From Callorhinchus milii (lineage: Eukaryota), in contig NW_024704742.1 of the NCBI RefSeq assembly GCF_018977255.1, positions 35,342,001 to 35,406,000 on the forward strand: DNA of 64,000 nucleotides. The letters run 5' to 3'. The notes under the pieces are model-generated. The model had not been told where the DNA came from and searched no databases. It saw only the letters and a list, made by a program, of their open reading frames with translations. The position numbers were made by a program, and so were the translations under genes. Below, piece after piece: positions 49,114 through 62,869 of this stretch. Every line of letters begins with the position of its first letter. Within the stretch, counting starts at the first letter, position 1.

Positions 49114-50669
49114 TAGAGGTACATTGTTGGAGGTGCTATCCTTCGGATAAGACATTAAACTGAGTTCCCCTTTTGTATGTGCTGCATCTTTTTAATTCTT
49201 TATGACTTTATTACTTTTGAAAGAGGTAGACTGACTGATGGTGATTTGTAATGAAGGTAAATTTATTTTACTAAATAGTGGCAGCTAAATAAAACATTGT
49301 AACATCTCATTAATCATTCTTTTAATTATACAAAACATAAATTAAATATGCCTGATTTTCAAATGTGCAAATGGACATTTTGGATGTCTATTACATTTAA
49401 GGTAACTGGAGCCAGACTATAGTGAAGCACCAATTGCATATCAGGGTAAAGTTTGTGATCTTAAGTATTACTTCTGTTACTTTATGCCACTATTTGGCAG
49501 TGGATCCTTCCAGAAATTGGACTCTTCCCCTGTACACCAGCAGATTGCTGCTACCTAAGTTTGTAAACCACTAATCCTAGAGAAGTTCTAAGTTATTCAA
49601 AATTTTGGTTTAAAATTTATTTTCTAGGGTTGATTCGGAGAGGAAGGGTAAATATTGACCTGTTTCCTAGCCGTAAAATTAACCTTTTACTATTCAAGAA
49701 AATATCAAAGCTAATCTGAGTGAGTGATCAGCGTAAATCCTTTGGTTATTGTAAATGCTCCGAGACGCTGCCCCGCGTGAAGGGTACAGTATAAATGCAA
49801 GTTGTTGTTGCTGAATCCTGCCAGCACAGTTATGATTTAATATAATAACCTTGCATTTGATAAAGCGCTTTTCACGACTTCTAGACGTCTCAAAGCACTT
49901 CACAGAATATGCCGTAAAGTGAATTGACAGTATATTTGTGAACGAAATGCTCTTTATTCATTGACTGTGGCTATGCTTCAGTTCAAATCTGTCCTGTTTT
50001 CCCTTTTCAACAACAAAATAAGTTTGCAGATAATAGAATAATAAGAGGCTATGAATTGTATTGTATCATATTATAATAAATTGAATTGAAACCTTCATGT
50101 TTTAGATTTTCAACCTTGTAAGCATGAACATCTAGTCCCTGGCATTGGAAAGAACAAGCTCAAGCTCAATCTATCTGTAGGTTTTTCTTAGAAAAATTAT
50201 GCTTTACCACTCAACAAACAAAGGAGTGTGATCATAAACTCAGTTCAAAAAGTAGCATGTTTTGTTTCTCTGTGCAAAAGGGAATATAATATAAAATAAA
50301 TGAGTATTCTCAGAACTCAGTAATGCCTATGTTCTTGTGAGGAAAATTTATGTTACACGAGGGATTGTGGTATAAAAGGCAGTCATGTACAAAAGCTGAA
50401 GTAAAGGTGAGTGACAAGAAAATGTACTCAGCCAGTGCTTGATCATTATGTAATTAAACTGGTTTTGTCTGTTTTTTTCATTTTGTCTTGTGCTCAAGTG
50501 ACTGTGTTGATGTGATATAACTACTCAAAGCTGTGCCTGCATTTTGTTAACTGTGTTAACAAGGGAACATTTGAACATAGAAAGGCAATCTTGTGTAGAT
50601 TTGATTTGAACTTTTCCCTTTTCACATTTGGCACATGCTTTTATAATTACAAATAGCCAAATCTAGTTT

Positions 50670-50875
50670 ATAAACTTGCAGAGGCAGAGACCCTTGTGGA
50701 GTTCAAAAATGAAGTTGACAAGTATTTGAAAGTTAGAGGCTTGAAGGGGTATGGAGATTGGATAGGGCAGTGGGATTGGAAGTACTGCTTGCTCTGAGAG
50801 CTTGCTCTGAGAGACTCAATGGCCTAAATGGTCTCCTTTTGCACTGTAAAGGTTTCGGATCCTGTGGTTCTGTTC
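50670..50875 (+). mobile_element. CR1 3' end
   Basis: gaggcagagacc...ttcaaaaatgaagttgacaagtatttg...ggcctaaatggtctcctt. Confidence 0.75.
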
Positions 50876-51284
50876 CTAAAATGTTTAAAAATTTGATCAA
50901 AATCCATGGCGTTAACATCTGAGCAAGTCATTATTTTCCTCTATATGCTAGCACCAAATTTGTATTTCATATCAACTATTGAGCTCGTATAGACTTTTGT
51001 GCCAGTGACTCTGGGGTGGTGGAAGTGGGGAGTTTGGTGTGGGTGAGGGGATGTGGGTGGCAAAGTCTTTATAATTTATTGTGAAACACCACAGAATATT
51101 TTAATGAAAATTAAGACTGTTTGAAATCTTACAGCAAATGACATTTAGCCCCAGAGCAAAACAGCCCTCACAGCACATAAAAAATGTCTGAAGTGTGCTG
51201 TTCTAGGAATGTTTTTTCTATGTGTAAGTGTTCTAAAGACATTTCATTCTATATTCTACAATACATGTTATGTCACATACAATG

Positions 51285-51540
51285 CAAAATCACATTTCTA
51301 AAGCGCATTTCACGTTGGGAGGACGTCCCAAGGTGTGGAACAGTCAGGGATTAGGACCCGAGTGGGAGGGGCTTGGGATCAAGGAGGGTGAAGGGCAGGG
51401 AGAGTAGGAGGATGGCTGAAGACATGGTCGAACAGGAGGCTCTTGAGGCATGCCTTGATAGAGGCAAGGGATGGAAATAGGCATAGAGAATATGGGATGG
51501 AGTTCCAGAGGGTGGACATACCAGAGAGAACCAGACCCCA
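51285..51540 (-). mobile_element. L2 3' fragment (tail type B)
   Basis: aaaatcacattt...ttcacgttgggaggacgtccca and L2 3' body. Confidence 0.75.
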
Positions 51541-52357
51541 CTAAAAGACAAATGGAGTCAGAATGTTTTTAGGAGAGGAGGGCAGAGTTGAAAATTGGTG
51601 CGAGAGAGAGCGAGAGAAAAATAAAGTACTTGCTAACAGCTAACCTTACTTTTGCATTTCCATTTTTAAAAAAATCTTTTGTGGTGGACTTTATAATATT
51701 ATCATAAGCATAATAATAAAAATAAATAATAATCCTTGCATTTGATATAGAGCTTTTCACATCTTCTAGACGTCTCAAAGCACTTCACAGAATATACTGT
51801 AAAGTGATTTAACTGTATATTTGTGGCCAATACATGAGCATTCAAGCAATCATAACATAGCTTTTAAATGTTTAAATGTACAAGCTTGTCCCAGCCAAGG
51901 CTGCTAGTATGTTTCAAAGGAACCTTTGCTGAAATCAGTTATTTATTTTAATCAGACTTTAAAATGTGTCCTGGCTAAAGTAAACATGTTGTCAGGATAT
52001 TGCACAGAGAAACCAGAAGCAGAAAAGAGATTTGGGGAATAATGTATTGTGAGGATTGTTGCATTGTGCAGCATTCAGTATAAATCACAATCAAAGAATC
52101 ATCTGGATTTTTAATAACTTGGAATGAAATGTTAAAAAACACTGCATCAAACTTCACCACCAGTTTAGGAATCAAACATAAATCCCAAATCTTTAGTATG
52201 TGGTAATTTTCATGATTTTGCCCACAGAATATATAGTCAATCCACTTTACAGTGTGAAGTGCTTTAAGACGTCTCGAAGATGTGATAAGGCGCTATACCA
52301 AAAGCAAGGATTATTATTATTACTGACCGATGACCAATGAGGGACTTCTTAAAAAAT

Positions 52358-52720
52358 GTGGTTGGGTCAATTGTTGGTAATACTCTCACCTCTGATTTCG
52401 AAGGTTGTGGGCACAGGATTTTGAACTCACAGTCTAGGCTGATACTCCAATATATTATTGGGGCAATGCTACATTGTTGGAGGTATCATCCTTCGCATGA
52501 GATGTTAAACCAAGGTCTTGTCTTCAGGTGTACGTTAAAAATCTCATGGCACTATTTAAAAAGAGAAGGATGTTTCTCTCTGTGTCCCAGCCAACAATAT
52601 CCCAATTAAAATTTGTAATTTTCATTCATGGCTGCTTGTGGGACATTGTCGTGCACAAAATTGGCAGCTTTATTTGTCCAGGAAAAACACAGTCACAATA
52701 AAATACTGTGAAACAACTTG
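52358..52720 (+). mobile_element. Deu-SINE, near full length
   Basis: tggtaatactctcacctctga...gagatgttaaaccaagg...caggtgtacgttaaaa...tgtgggacattg. Confidence 0.75.
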
Positions 52721-53877
52721 GGGCTTCTCAGTGTTTTACTAAGACCACCAGAATGTGTGAGCTATCTATCATTTTACTATTGCTTCTGGCTGCACTCTAT
52801 TGTATTACAACCAATACAAAGAGCATAAAATACCATTCCCTCCTTTGACTGTGCAATTGATGTGACACCAAGTTTCCATGATAATAATAGGATTCTTTCT
52901 GCCAATTTAACCAATTCTGATGCAATTGACTCATTCTACATTTGCAACACATAGACAGTACTGAGGCTTACTGAGTGCTTGTTGCATTCATTTCCCAAAT
53001 TCTGATATCCTCTAGTAACTAGTCACACAGTGATAAAAATTAGTCAACTTGTAGTAACGTTATCCTCCCTCTTTCATTGTAAGAAAGCACAGATCCACTT
53101 ATTGAATGCATTCTGACTTAGGAATCGTTCAAGCACTTTGAGACGTTATTCCACCTGAAGGGCACTATGTAAATTCGAGTTGTTGTTGATGTTCTTTGAC
53201 ATATGCTCATACAATGAAGCAAAATTCTACAATATCTAATATTTCATCCTCTGTTATCTCCTCCGTATCAGTTGTCNTTTTTTGCATTACATTGCCACAA
53301 TCCCAATCATCTCTATCTCTATGTATCCTAAACCTCAATCGAATTCTTAGCTGTATATGCATTCAACAATTTTTTGAAAGAGATAATCAATACAACATTA
53401 ACTGGTTTATCTCATTTTATTCAATATATCCAGTCAGTGGGGAAAAATCCTTCTAATCTCAAGTCTTGCTTGAGGTTTGTTAATTTTATACTCATGACCT
53501 CTCGTCCTGCATCCACAATCCAACTTATATAATCTTCTTACATTTACATTATCTATTCATCTCAGTAGTTTAAAAACCTAAATCATTGCCTCCGTCCAAT
53601 CTTATATTCTATAATGAAAACACATTTGATTTTTATGAATTTCTCTTCAAATATTAGAGTGTTGCGCTCAAAAATCATTGCTTTCAGTAATAAATATAAA
53701 CCTTTTGCAAAATATAAATGTTGTTTCAAATGTAGGGTAGACAAAATTGCACACAGTATTTCAAATTTGCCTTCATCAATGATCTATATAAGGTTAGATT
53801 TCAAGTATTGTATTAACAATGATCTTGAGGTGTATTCTGATACATGAAGTGTATCAAGTGGACTCCACACATCAAGT

Positions 53878-54200
53878 GGAGTCCTGTAGCTCAGTGGTTA
53901 GAGCACTCGCTTTGCAAGCGAGAGACCTGAGTTCAATTCCCGGCAGGGCGAAACCTTGGGCAAGTTTCCTTACTCCACACAGAGCCTAATAATAATCCCT
54001 CCAAAAACCAAAAAAAAAAAATAAATTGGTCATTTTCAATCTACGACTGTTTGTGGGACATTGCTGTGCGCAATTGGCTGCCGCGTTCGCCCACAAATAT
54101 ACAGTCAATTCACTTTACAGTATATTCTGTGAAGCGCTTTGGGACGTCCTCCCGACGTGAAAAGCGCTATATCAAATGCAAGGATTATTATTATTATTAT
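53878..54200 (+). mobile_element. Full-length young tRNA-Ala SINE
   Basis: Near-identical to 42986-43309. Confidence 0.95.
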
Positions 54201-54479
54201 GAAGACATTGTTGGCATGAGCTTCACATTGTTTGTAAGCTTTCAGTGAATGATCACCTTTTCCTGATATCACAGTTGTTTGTTCAATAATTTCTGTGATA
54301 GCAATCCTTTCCCTTTTCCAAGTTGCTATTGGGCATCCCTTCATTGTTTTCCAGTGGTTGCTTTGTTTTCTCTTGATATGTCACTAGAGTCTTTCCAGAT
54401 ATATGGAATGATAAAGTATTAGGATTAATTATGTTGTAATATGTAGAATTACAGGCAAGGATTTAAAAAAAAGGTCTTT

Positions 54480-55945
54480 AAGGGGTGGGATCTTGAAAGT
54501 TACGCATTGGAATGAGAAGATGTGTAAACTGTCCCAGGAGAGACTTGATTAAGATCAGAGAACTATGCTTTGGATGATAGGAGATTTATCTTGGGTTGAA
54601 ATCTGTATTGCTCAGGAAGGAAATTAATTGGAAACTCATCTGAACGACAGGGGCAGGAGGACAAAATTGATCAGAAACTATTTGAACAAATAACTGGGAT
54701 ATCAGGGAAGGATAGCACAGTAATGATGAGATTTCTAAAATGATGTTAATTAACAATGGAATAGGAAACCAATTTATCAATTGGGCGAGTGAGTTCCTGT
54801 AGCTACTGTGCCTTGACATAGAGTGTCGCATAAAAGATCAGGAAAGAAGTCATGGTTGGTTTAATATTTCGTAATGAACCTGAGATAGTGGAAAAATGTA
54901 GTGATAGAATATTTTGAATACCAGTGATCATAGCATTACATAGAATTATATGGAATCTATAGCAATGAAAAGGCCATTCGGTTCAATTAGTCAATGTTAG
55001 TATTTATTCGACAAAGCTGAATTCTATCTCCCTAGCTTCCTCCAATATCCCTCTATTCCAGTCTTTCTCAAGTATAGAACTTGCATTTACATAGCGCCCT
55101 TCACACAGAGTAGCGTCCTGGAGCGCTTGTATGTATTCCTTTATACAGGTTTGAGTTCTGGGACGTCCTTCTGACGTAAAGGGTCCTATACAAGTGTAAT
55201 TTGTTGTTGCTGTTCAGCATTTTTAGAGTTTAAACTGTGAAATGGTAGAAGAAAAAATAAAATAGATTTGAATCTTTTGAATGGGGAGGTTCAATGGAGT
55301 GATAATCTACTCTTGCGTTGAAATTTATATTTCAGCAAAGCTCATTTTAAATCTATAATGGATAATGAGATGTAGGGAATAAATGAAGAAGATTTACAGA
55401 GCCAAATGCCAAATAAAGTGGGATATTTTTTAAATACATTGGAAAGGATTAAAATATTATAAATTATGGTAAAAAAATCTTTTTGAAACAAGTTTTTAGT
55501 GTAAAAAGTAGTGCCATTTTCTTTCTGGTAGATGGAGAGAGGAATAGAATGCATTCAAATTCATGAAGGACATGGAAATTACTGATAAAGTGGCGATTAA
55601 AATATTGAGTTTCTGAATATTCATAAGGCAACAGGATTAGATGGAATGGATCCAAGAGCACTTAAGGAAATGAAGGTAGAAGTAGGGGAGCTGTGGCTGA
55701 AAGTTTTCACAGCTCATTAAATACAAGAGTACTCCAGAATGACTGAAATTACCTAATGTTGTCCCAATTTCTTAAGATAAAGATCAAAAACACGATTCTG
55801 GCTTTTATAGGCAAGTCAGCCTGACACAGACGATTGGAGAACATTAAAATAGATTATAAAGAAAATAATTCAAGGACGTTTAATCAAAATCAAGCCAATT
55901 GCAAAACAACAGTACAGGTCTCTAAAGATAGGCTATTCCTAAGAC
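54480..55945 (+). mobile_element. Decayed CR1 ORF2 segments (endonuclease, then pre-RT), interrupted at ~54935-55215
   Basis: agtgatcatagc (SDH), ggatccaagagcacttaaggaa (PRALKE), cctaatgttgtcccaattt (NVVPI), tataggcaagtcagcctgaca (YRxVSLT). Confidence 0.65.
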
Positions 55946-55949
55946 TTTT

Positions 55950-56649
55950 TGAAGCCAGTCCGGAACCTTGGCGTCTTGTTTGACCCTCAACTATTCTTTC
56001 CACCCCCACATCCGTGCCACTCTGCCTTCCCCCACCTCTGCAACATCGACCGGCTCTGCCACTGTCTCACACCACAGGCCGCCGAAACCCTCATACACGC
56101 ATTTATAACATCCAGGCTCGACTACGCAAACTCCCTGCTTGTCAGCCTCCCCAACTCCTCCCTCCATAGGCTGCAGATTATCCAGAACTCTGCAGCCTGT
56201 GACCTCTCCACTGGCTTCCCATCACACAGAGGATACAGTTCAAGATCCTGATCCTCACCTTCAAAGCCCTCCATGACCTTGCTCCCCCCTATCTCTGCTA
56301 CGTCCTAACCCCCTACCAACCTGCCCACTCCTTTGGCTCAGGGCGTCTGGACTGCTTCACGTCCCCCGCCTCGGCCATCCCACCATTGGCAGGAGGGCTT
56401 TCAGCCACTATGCTCCCACTCTCTGGAACTCCAACCCACAGTCCCTCCGCCTCACCCCCTCCTTTGCCTCCGTCAAGACCGATCTCAAGACCCTCCTCTT
56501 CGAACGTGGCTTCAATCAGCCTCCTTCCCCCTCTACCCTCCACCCTCCTCAATCCCGACCCCCAGCTCGGGTCCAAAACATTGAATGTCCAGCGCCTTGG
56601 GAAGTCCTCCCGACGTGAAAGGTGCTATAAAAATGTAATTTTGTTGTTG
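55950..56649 (+). mobile_element. L2 3' portion (tail type B)
   Basis: PVRNLGVLFDPQL...SRLDYANSLL; ends aaatgtaattttgttgttgt. Confidence 0.93.
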
Positions 56650-56874
56650 TATTACCAAAGTTTGGGGGATGATGCTAATGTGATGCATGAACTAAAACAC
56701 ACATATTGGCCTCTGATTGAGTGGGCAGTTGGTAAATTGGGTATTCATGGTCTGGTCACTGGGTTTAATGGACAAAGTTTCTTATTCATCCTTTCTTATG
56801 TTCTTGTCTGTCCTGATTTGCTTGATTTATCCTTAGGGGCAGGAAGAAACTGTAGAACATTTCTGTAGAAAATC

Positions 56875-57305
56875 AGACTTTGAACTTATACAGTCTAGGC
56901 TGTCATTCCAATACTGTCCTGGGGAATGCTGTTTTGTTGGAGATGCCGTTCTTTTGATGATATGTTAAACTGCTCAGGTGGATGTTAAAGATCTCATTGC
57001 TCAATTTGAAAACAGAAAGGCGTCTCTCCAAGTGTCCTGGCCAGCAATCCCCCAGATAAAAATGGTCATTCACTTCATGGCTATTTGTGGTCATTCCTAT
57101 AAGTGCTACGAGACTTTATCCTGCGTAAAGGATGCTCTATAAATGCAAGTTGTTGTTATGGCTGTTTATGGACATTGTGTGCAAATTGGCTACTGTGTCC
57201 ACCTACAAAATATACAGTCATTACATTTTACAGTAAATCCTGTTAAACACTTTGAGATGTCTTCCTGACATGAATAGCAAGATATCAAATGTACAATTAT
57301 TTATT
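56875..57305 (+). mobile_element. Deu-SINE interrupted by a short L2 tail
   Basis: caggtggatgttaaagatctc...gtgtcctggccagc core; aaatgcaagttgttgtt insert at ~57100-57157. Confidence 0.65.
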
Positions 57306-57339
57306 AACAATAAGCTGGTTGGCCTGTGCACAGTAAATT

Positions 57340-58150
57340 TTGTGAAGAACAGGCTTCACAGGTCAGCTGCGCTTATGTTGTTCCACGCTTATTTCTGTTT
57401 GAATCTGTCACTCTTTTATATCAAAGCAAATACTTCAAATAACTGCTGCAATGGACAATAGAAAAGATTATTCTATTCATCCTTTGGCTCTAACACTACT
57501 TCAGCTTGGTGCATAAAACCAAAATGGAGATTACTGCATTCCTTGATTCCCATTGATGGCACATGAATGATCAATATGTACATTCTCCAATTTTCCATGA
57601 AAAACAATGACTTAATTTGGTCAACAGTGGCCACATAGTGAAGCACATCACTATAAATGTAATCGAGGGTCATGCTTTGTTTTACTCTTCTTGTTATGGA
57701 AAGTCTGAAATCAATGCTTTGCAAAAAGGGCAAAACATATGGATAGAATATCTCTATTTTGATTCCATTCTTAAATGAATTGTGCTCTGGGAATAGTGAA
57801 CGGATGCCTTTCTTGATTTTCATGTGGCAGCAATTACAGTCGAAGCCACTGTAAGTAAATGATACTAGTCCAAGGACTCCTGGAGAACAAAAATACAATC
57901 ACACAAATGTATTGTGTCCACTTGCTGGCATCTCTTGGGCCAAGAAGATGTCTCTTGGGTTAGTGCATTGGCTGACACGACAGATGGTGAATAATCCATG
58001 GGAAGTAGCAAAACAGCAGGAACACCAACAGTCTGAGCTGATGATCTCTCTTGACCAGCTGAGCTTAAAACTTAAACATTATATTTTTAAATCAAAATCG
58101 ATTTGAATTGCAATCTTTCCACAAACCCCCTCATTTGGAGCATTATGATT
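57340..58150 (-). mobile_element. Harbinger (HARBI1-like) transposase relic
   Basis: Minus strand RDH.L..LLVFL.CFATS...ICRVSQCT..RDI, then SPGVLGLVSFTY and downstream remnants in ORF 57473-57898, in the order of HARBI1 FFATGSFQ / GISQSSVSR / FPGVxGxxDCTH. Confidence 0.6.
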
Positions 58151-59154
58151 TTTTACGGTTAAATTGCATGCAGCTTGCTTACAAGGTCCTACTTTGCTTC
58201 TTGCACATCTAATACACACATTCTCATCACTTTACGGTATATTCTGTGAAGCAATTTGAGACATCTTGACGACATGATTAGGTGCTATATCGAATGCAAG
58301 GATTATTATTGTAATTTTGCAGCAATGATCATTTCTGCTGCAGTACATGCAAAATCTTGTGCAGTGCAATTTTTCCTATGCAGTTTTTGTGGGATAAACA
58401 ATAGTGCCCTTTCTGTAACCTCTGCTTTAGCACATACCTAAGTGAGTTGTTTTCCTATTTGTTAATTTTACCAACCTTTGGCTGCAGGCATGTGTTCTTT
58501 TTTGCTGTCTTTATACTCAGAATCAGCAAGATATGTTGTTACTGGAACAAATATGTTTCCCATTATGAACAACTTTATTCAATTTTACTGGTTTACTATC
58601 AAGAGTGAGCAGAGCAGAATAACTCTTGTGAGCCTAAATTAAATGTAGTCCTTTAAATACAACAGCAGTGGAGTAGCCATCTCATCCTCAGCAAGCCATG
58701 TAGCAGAGCCTGGAACTTATTCACTCCTTTGCCAGTAAAGTGACTGACATTTAAAAATGAATGCACATTGATCTCCTCTTGTAGATTCACTGACCTTTAG
58801 TACTGTACATTTATAAATTCTATTATAAGCACCCATCACCAAGAATTGGTACGTTTGCTGACAAGAGGAGAATAACATGTCCATCAACTTTTGATCAACT
58901 TATTGGCAGGGGGAAGAATATTCCCCAACCAACCAAAAGATGCTACTTATTAAATTAAAGATATTGATGCTGGATTTTATTTCTCCCTTGAAAATAGTTT
59001 TAGAAATCCAGCATTCTAACTGAAAGCTTATGGCGATAGCATCTCTATCGTTGTTTTCAGTCAAAATATATGAAGCTGCAATCTCTTTCTTCTGCTTACC
59101 ATAAATTGTTCATGATGAAGAGAATGTTCCTGCACTACAGTAGAATAATAACAT

Positions 59155-59565
59155 TAATAATAATCATCATCATCCTTACATTTGATATAGTACCTTTCAC
59201 TTTGGGAGAACATTCTAAAGTGCCTCACAGGATTTACCTTGGATTGAGTGTGTATTTGTAGGCGAATGAGGTAGCCCAACTGTGCACAGCAACGTCCCAC
59301 AAACAGCCATGAAACAGATGACCAAATTAATTTGGGGGACTGTTGACCAGGACACCAAGAGAAACTCCCTGCTCTTTTTTGAATAGTATCACAGAATCAT
59401 TAACAACCACCTGAACAGGCAGATGGGATTGGACCTCCATTTAACTTCTGAACTGAAGAACAAAACCTCTGACAATGAAACACATCCCTGCTTGAAGTGT
59501 CAGTTTAGACGATGTGAGTTGAAGTCCCAAAGTGGGGCTTGAACCCACAAACACAACTGAGGCAG
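59155..59565 (-). mobile_element. Deu-SINE
   Basis: Reverse strand gtgggttcaagcccc head, ttcaggtggttgttaa core and (ATT)-like tail. Confidence 0.7.
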
Positions 59566-59683
59566 ACTGACACGCAAGAATCTGCTAACTCTAATTCTCT
59601 GTGATGCGGCTTGAAGTCTACTCCGAGAAGCCCTTTTGCTTCTGCAAAGGTTGAATCACAAGAACAATAGTCAAATAACAGGG

Positions 59684-59960
59684 TCATCCTCTCAACTCTA
59701 TACAGGACCTGATCCGTGAAATGTTCAGAAATTTCAAAAGCATATTTACTAGCAGTATCTCTTTCCCAATTTGAGCAATATAAGGCTCTTGGGCTCGATA
59801 TGCTCTATTTGTTATAGCCATGGCATCATCAAAAAGAATATGCATTTTCATGGCAATATTCAGCTGAGCTGGAGTGTATTGAGTGTTTGCATTAAAATTT
59901 GTGGACTGCATTTGTGAACGTTTGTTCCAATTAGTTGCAAATTTGTTCAGCTGTGCCTGT
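59684..59960 (-). mobile_element. Myb/SANT-like (MSANTD-type) ORF relic, likely Harbinger ORF2
   Basis: KRSQMQSTNFN...MHILF...AITNR...KEI..VN...R..IELR follows the NF / HILF / T.NxxK / W.EI..VN / R...EL pattern. Confidence 0.5.
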
Positions 59961-61302
59961 ATTAATACTGTGGCTGCATCATTCATCTATTCTAGCTGGT
60001 TAATTTGAGGTGCAATGGAATAGTTAGTTTGATGGTACGCAAATTCTCTTTCACAAGTTACAAAAAATTTGTCTCTCTGTAAAAAAAAGAAGTTTTTAGT
60101 GGGACACAGCAAAGCACATCACCCGTCAGTTATTTATCATTGTTTTAAAGCAATAATAATAACTTTTCTAAGCAAAAATATTTCTATCTGCAGCAAATAT
60201 GTAAAGTACTAATTTATGTTCCTGTTTCTAAGAAGAGGATCTAATAAATCCACTGCTAATGACTCCATGGGTCACATCAAGGTTATGAAGCAAGAGTTCG
60301 GATAGTTACTAATTATTTAGCTTAACCTTTTTGACAAACATCCCAGACACATATTTTCAACTGCATCCTGTAGTATTAATGCTATTAAAACGTACCTTCT
60401 TCATACCTAGATATCATGTTGTCTGCAGGTCATAGATATAACTCATTATTCTATCAGGTCTACAGTTAGCTAATCTCAACATCAAATTTAATTAAATCTT
60501 GGTAGCTGTGTAATTGGTACAAGAGTCTATCAAGCATGCAAGCCATTTTATCTGGTGCTCATGTTTCGATTCTGAAAATCTCCTTATGAGAATTAGATAC
60601 ATGTCGACTCCTACCCATTGTTATCGATCATGCCATGGTGTGCTCTCTTTGAATTATAATAAACTTTGCTTTTGATACAGTGCATAACATCATGAAGATG
60701 TGTCAAAGTGTTTGACAGGAATTAATTAAAATATAGTGACTGTATTTGTCTGTATCTGTATTTGTCGTCCACTCTACTCCACAATTGACAGCTGTACTTT
60801 CAGCCACTATTCCCCAAATCTTGTTTATCGTGCAATCCAATTAAGAAATGCTGCAAGTTGTATCCAGTATCTTTCTCCCTTTTACTTTCTCATTTGTTTC
60901 TTGATGCAATCAGATGACTGTGATGCTGATATGCTAATAAAAGTATGTTATACAATATAATACAAAATTACATTTGTATAGGGCCTTTTATGTCAGGAAG
61001 ACATCCTAAGGCACTGGAAATGTTTTGTCTACTATTGTAGCTTGAGGCATTGATCCTGTACTCTTTAAGGGTCATTAATGATTCAAATATCCTCCAGAAA
61101 TAGTTGTTTATGTTTGCTTATCCTTAAATTTACTGTTAACCAAAAATTGTATATGTGTAACCAATTCATGCTGTATTATTCATCATTATAATATAAATGG
61201 AGTTCACACTTAGTGAAATCCAAATAATACATAAAAGTTAGGCAACAGTAAAAAGGAGACTCTTTCTTAAAGGTTATAGGGTTTTTTAACAGAGATATTG
61301 TT

Positions 61303-61690
61303 ATAATAATAATTGCATTTGATGTAGTTTTTTATCAAGTCAAAATGTCTCAATGCACTTCAAAGAGGTTTCTGTAAAGTGTAGTGACTATATTTATAGG
61401 CAAAAGCCAGTTTGAACACAGCTATTTTCAACAAAGAGCCATGAAGTGAATGACCATTTTTTAATCTAGGGGGATTTGTTGACCAAGGATACTGGGAGAA
61501 ACTCCCTCTCTTCTTGAATAGTGCCATGGGATCTTTCATATCCAAAGAATGACAGCTCATACAATGCAGTACTCTGTCAGGACTCCACTGGAATGTCTGC
61601 CAAGACTATGAGATTTAGTGGGGCTTAAACTCACATCCTTCTGTCTCAAAGGTGCAAATGCTGAATGCAAAAACTGAAGCTGGCTGACTT
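61303..61690 (-). mobile_element. Deu-SINE
   Basis: gaatagtgccatgggatcttt core, gtggggcttaaactcac head remnant, (AAT) tail. Confidence 0.65.
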
Positions 61691-62869
61691 TTGATGATAC
61701 ATACAGATTTTCTATGGCATCTAGAAGCAAAGAGGTACATCACCTATATGGGTAAATAGCAAGGCTTTGTTAAAATTGCTGGGATATCCAGCGTAAAATA
61801 ATTAATAAAATGTATTCTTGCAGCCATTTGGCCACCAAAAATAAACGGCATGGGATTAACAGTTCTTACTGTTGTGTTCAATTACAAGTAGAAAATAAGT
61901 TTTGTCAAAGTCAAATACCGATGAAGAACCCATAATTTATTCTTTCTGCAAGCCGATAGCTCTTTTTAAACTGTAGCCAAAGGCAAATTTCAGAAACTGA
62001 TCTGAATAGAATTAGATGCCCTGGTAGGTTTTTCATTTTGGTTCTATCACCTCATCGACAAACATGTTGCAGCAGGCTGTATGATCCATGTGGTTGGTAG
62101 CCTCACAGTGAAGTCTAATGAACCATCAGTAGAAATTGGTGACTATTTAGCAATCTTCCCACTGTGCTACCATGTTATGTAACCGATCAGCCTGACATAT
62201 TTCCAACTGTGATCTAAATACTTTTGTTTGTCATTTCTTTAGGTGCTATGCACCACTACATTTAATCAATCCATTTGGGAGTTTTGCTTTCCTCTAAATG
62301 CATTGTTGATTAGATTTGTAGAGGAAGTACAAAGTGTCATTTTCTATCCGAACATAATTGTTGTTCCCTGTGGGTCAAAGTTAAGTGATGGAAGATCTCA
62401 TCCCAATGTCAAACAGGACATTCAAGAGCAAAGTGTGCCAGACGTAAATTGTTAGTAAATGCATTGTATTTGCTGTTAAGTGCCTTAAAAAAAACGTGAA
62501 ACTGCCATTGCATTTGAGGAAGGTTTTTATATCATATAATTTCTGAATATTAACCGTAGTGTTATTAACCTCTAATATCTACACATAGGTTTCAGTCACA
62601 CTTCATCAGAACTAAGATTCATCAGACAGGAAGAAATCCTGAATATCTTTTTGCAGCACAGTTTTCCAGAATATCTAAATCTCACTAATGATAACATTAT
62701 TGATAATACTATGTGTATGGTTTACGTTAAATACTTTAAAATGTAATTGAATCCCAATTTACACAAAGGGTGATGAGAATGTGTTTTTCACTGGCAGACA
62801 TTGTCATTCAAACAGAGATGCATTCAAGAGAAAACTCAAAGCATACATGAGACAGAATAGAATAATAAC

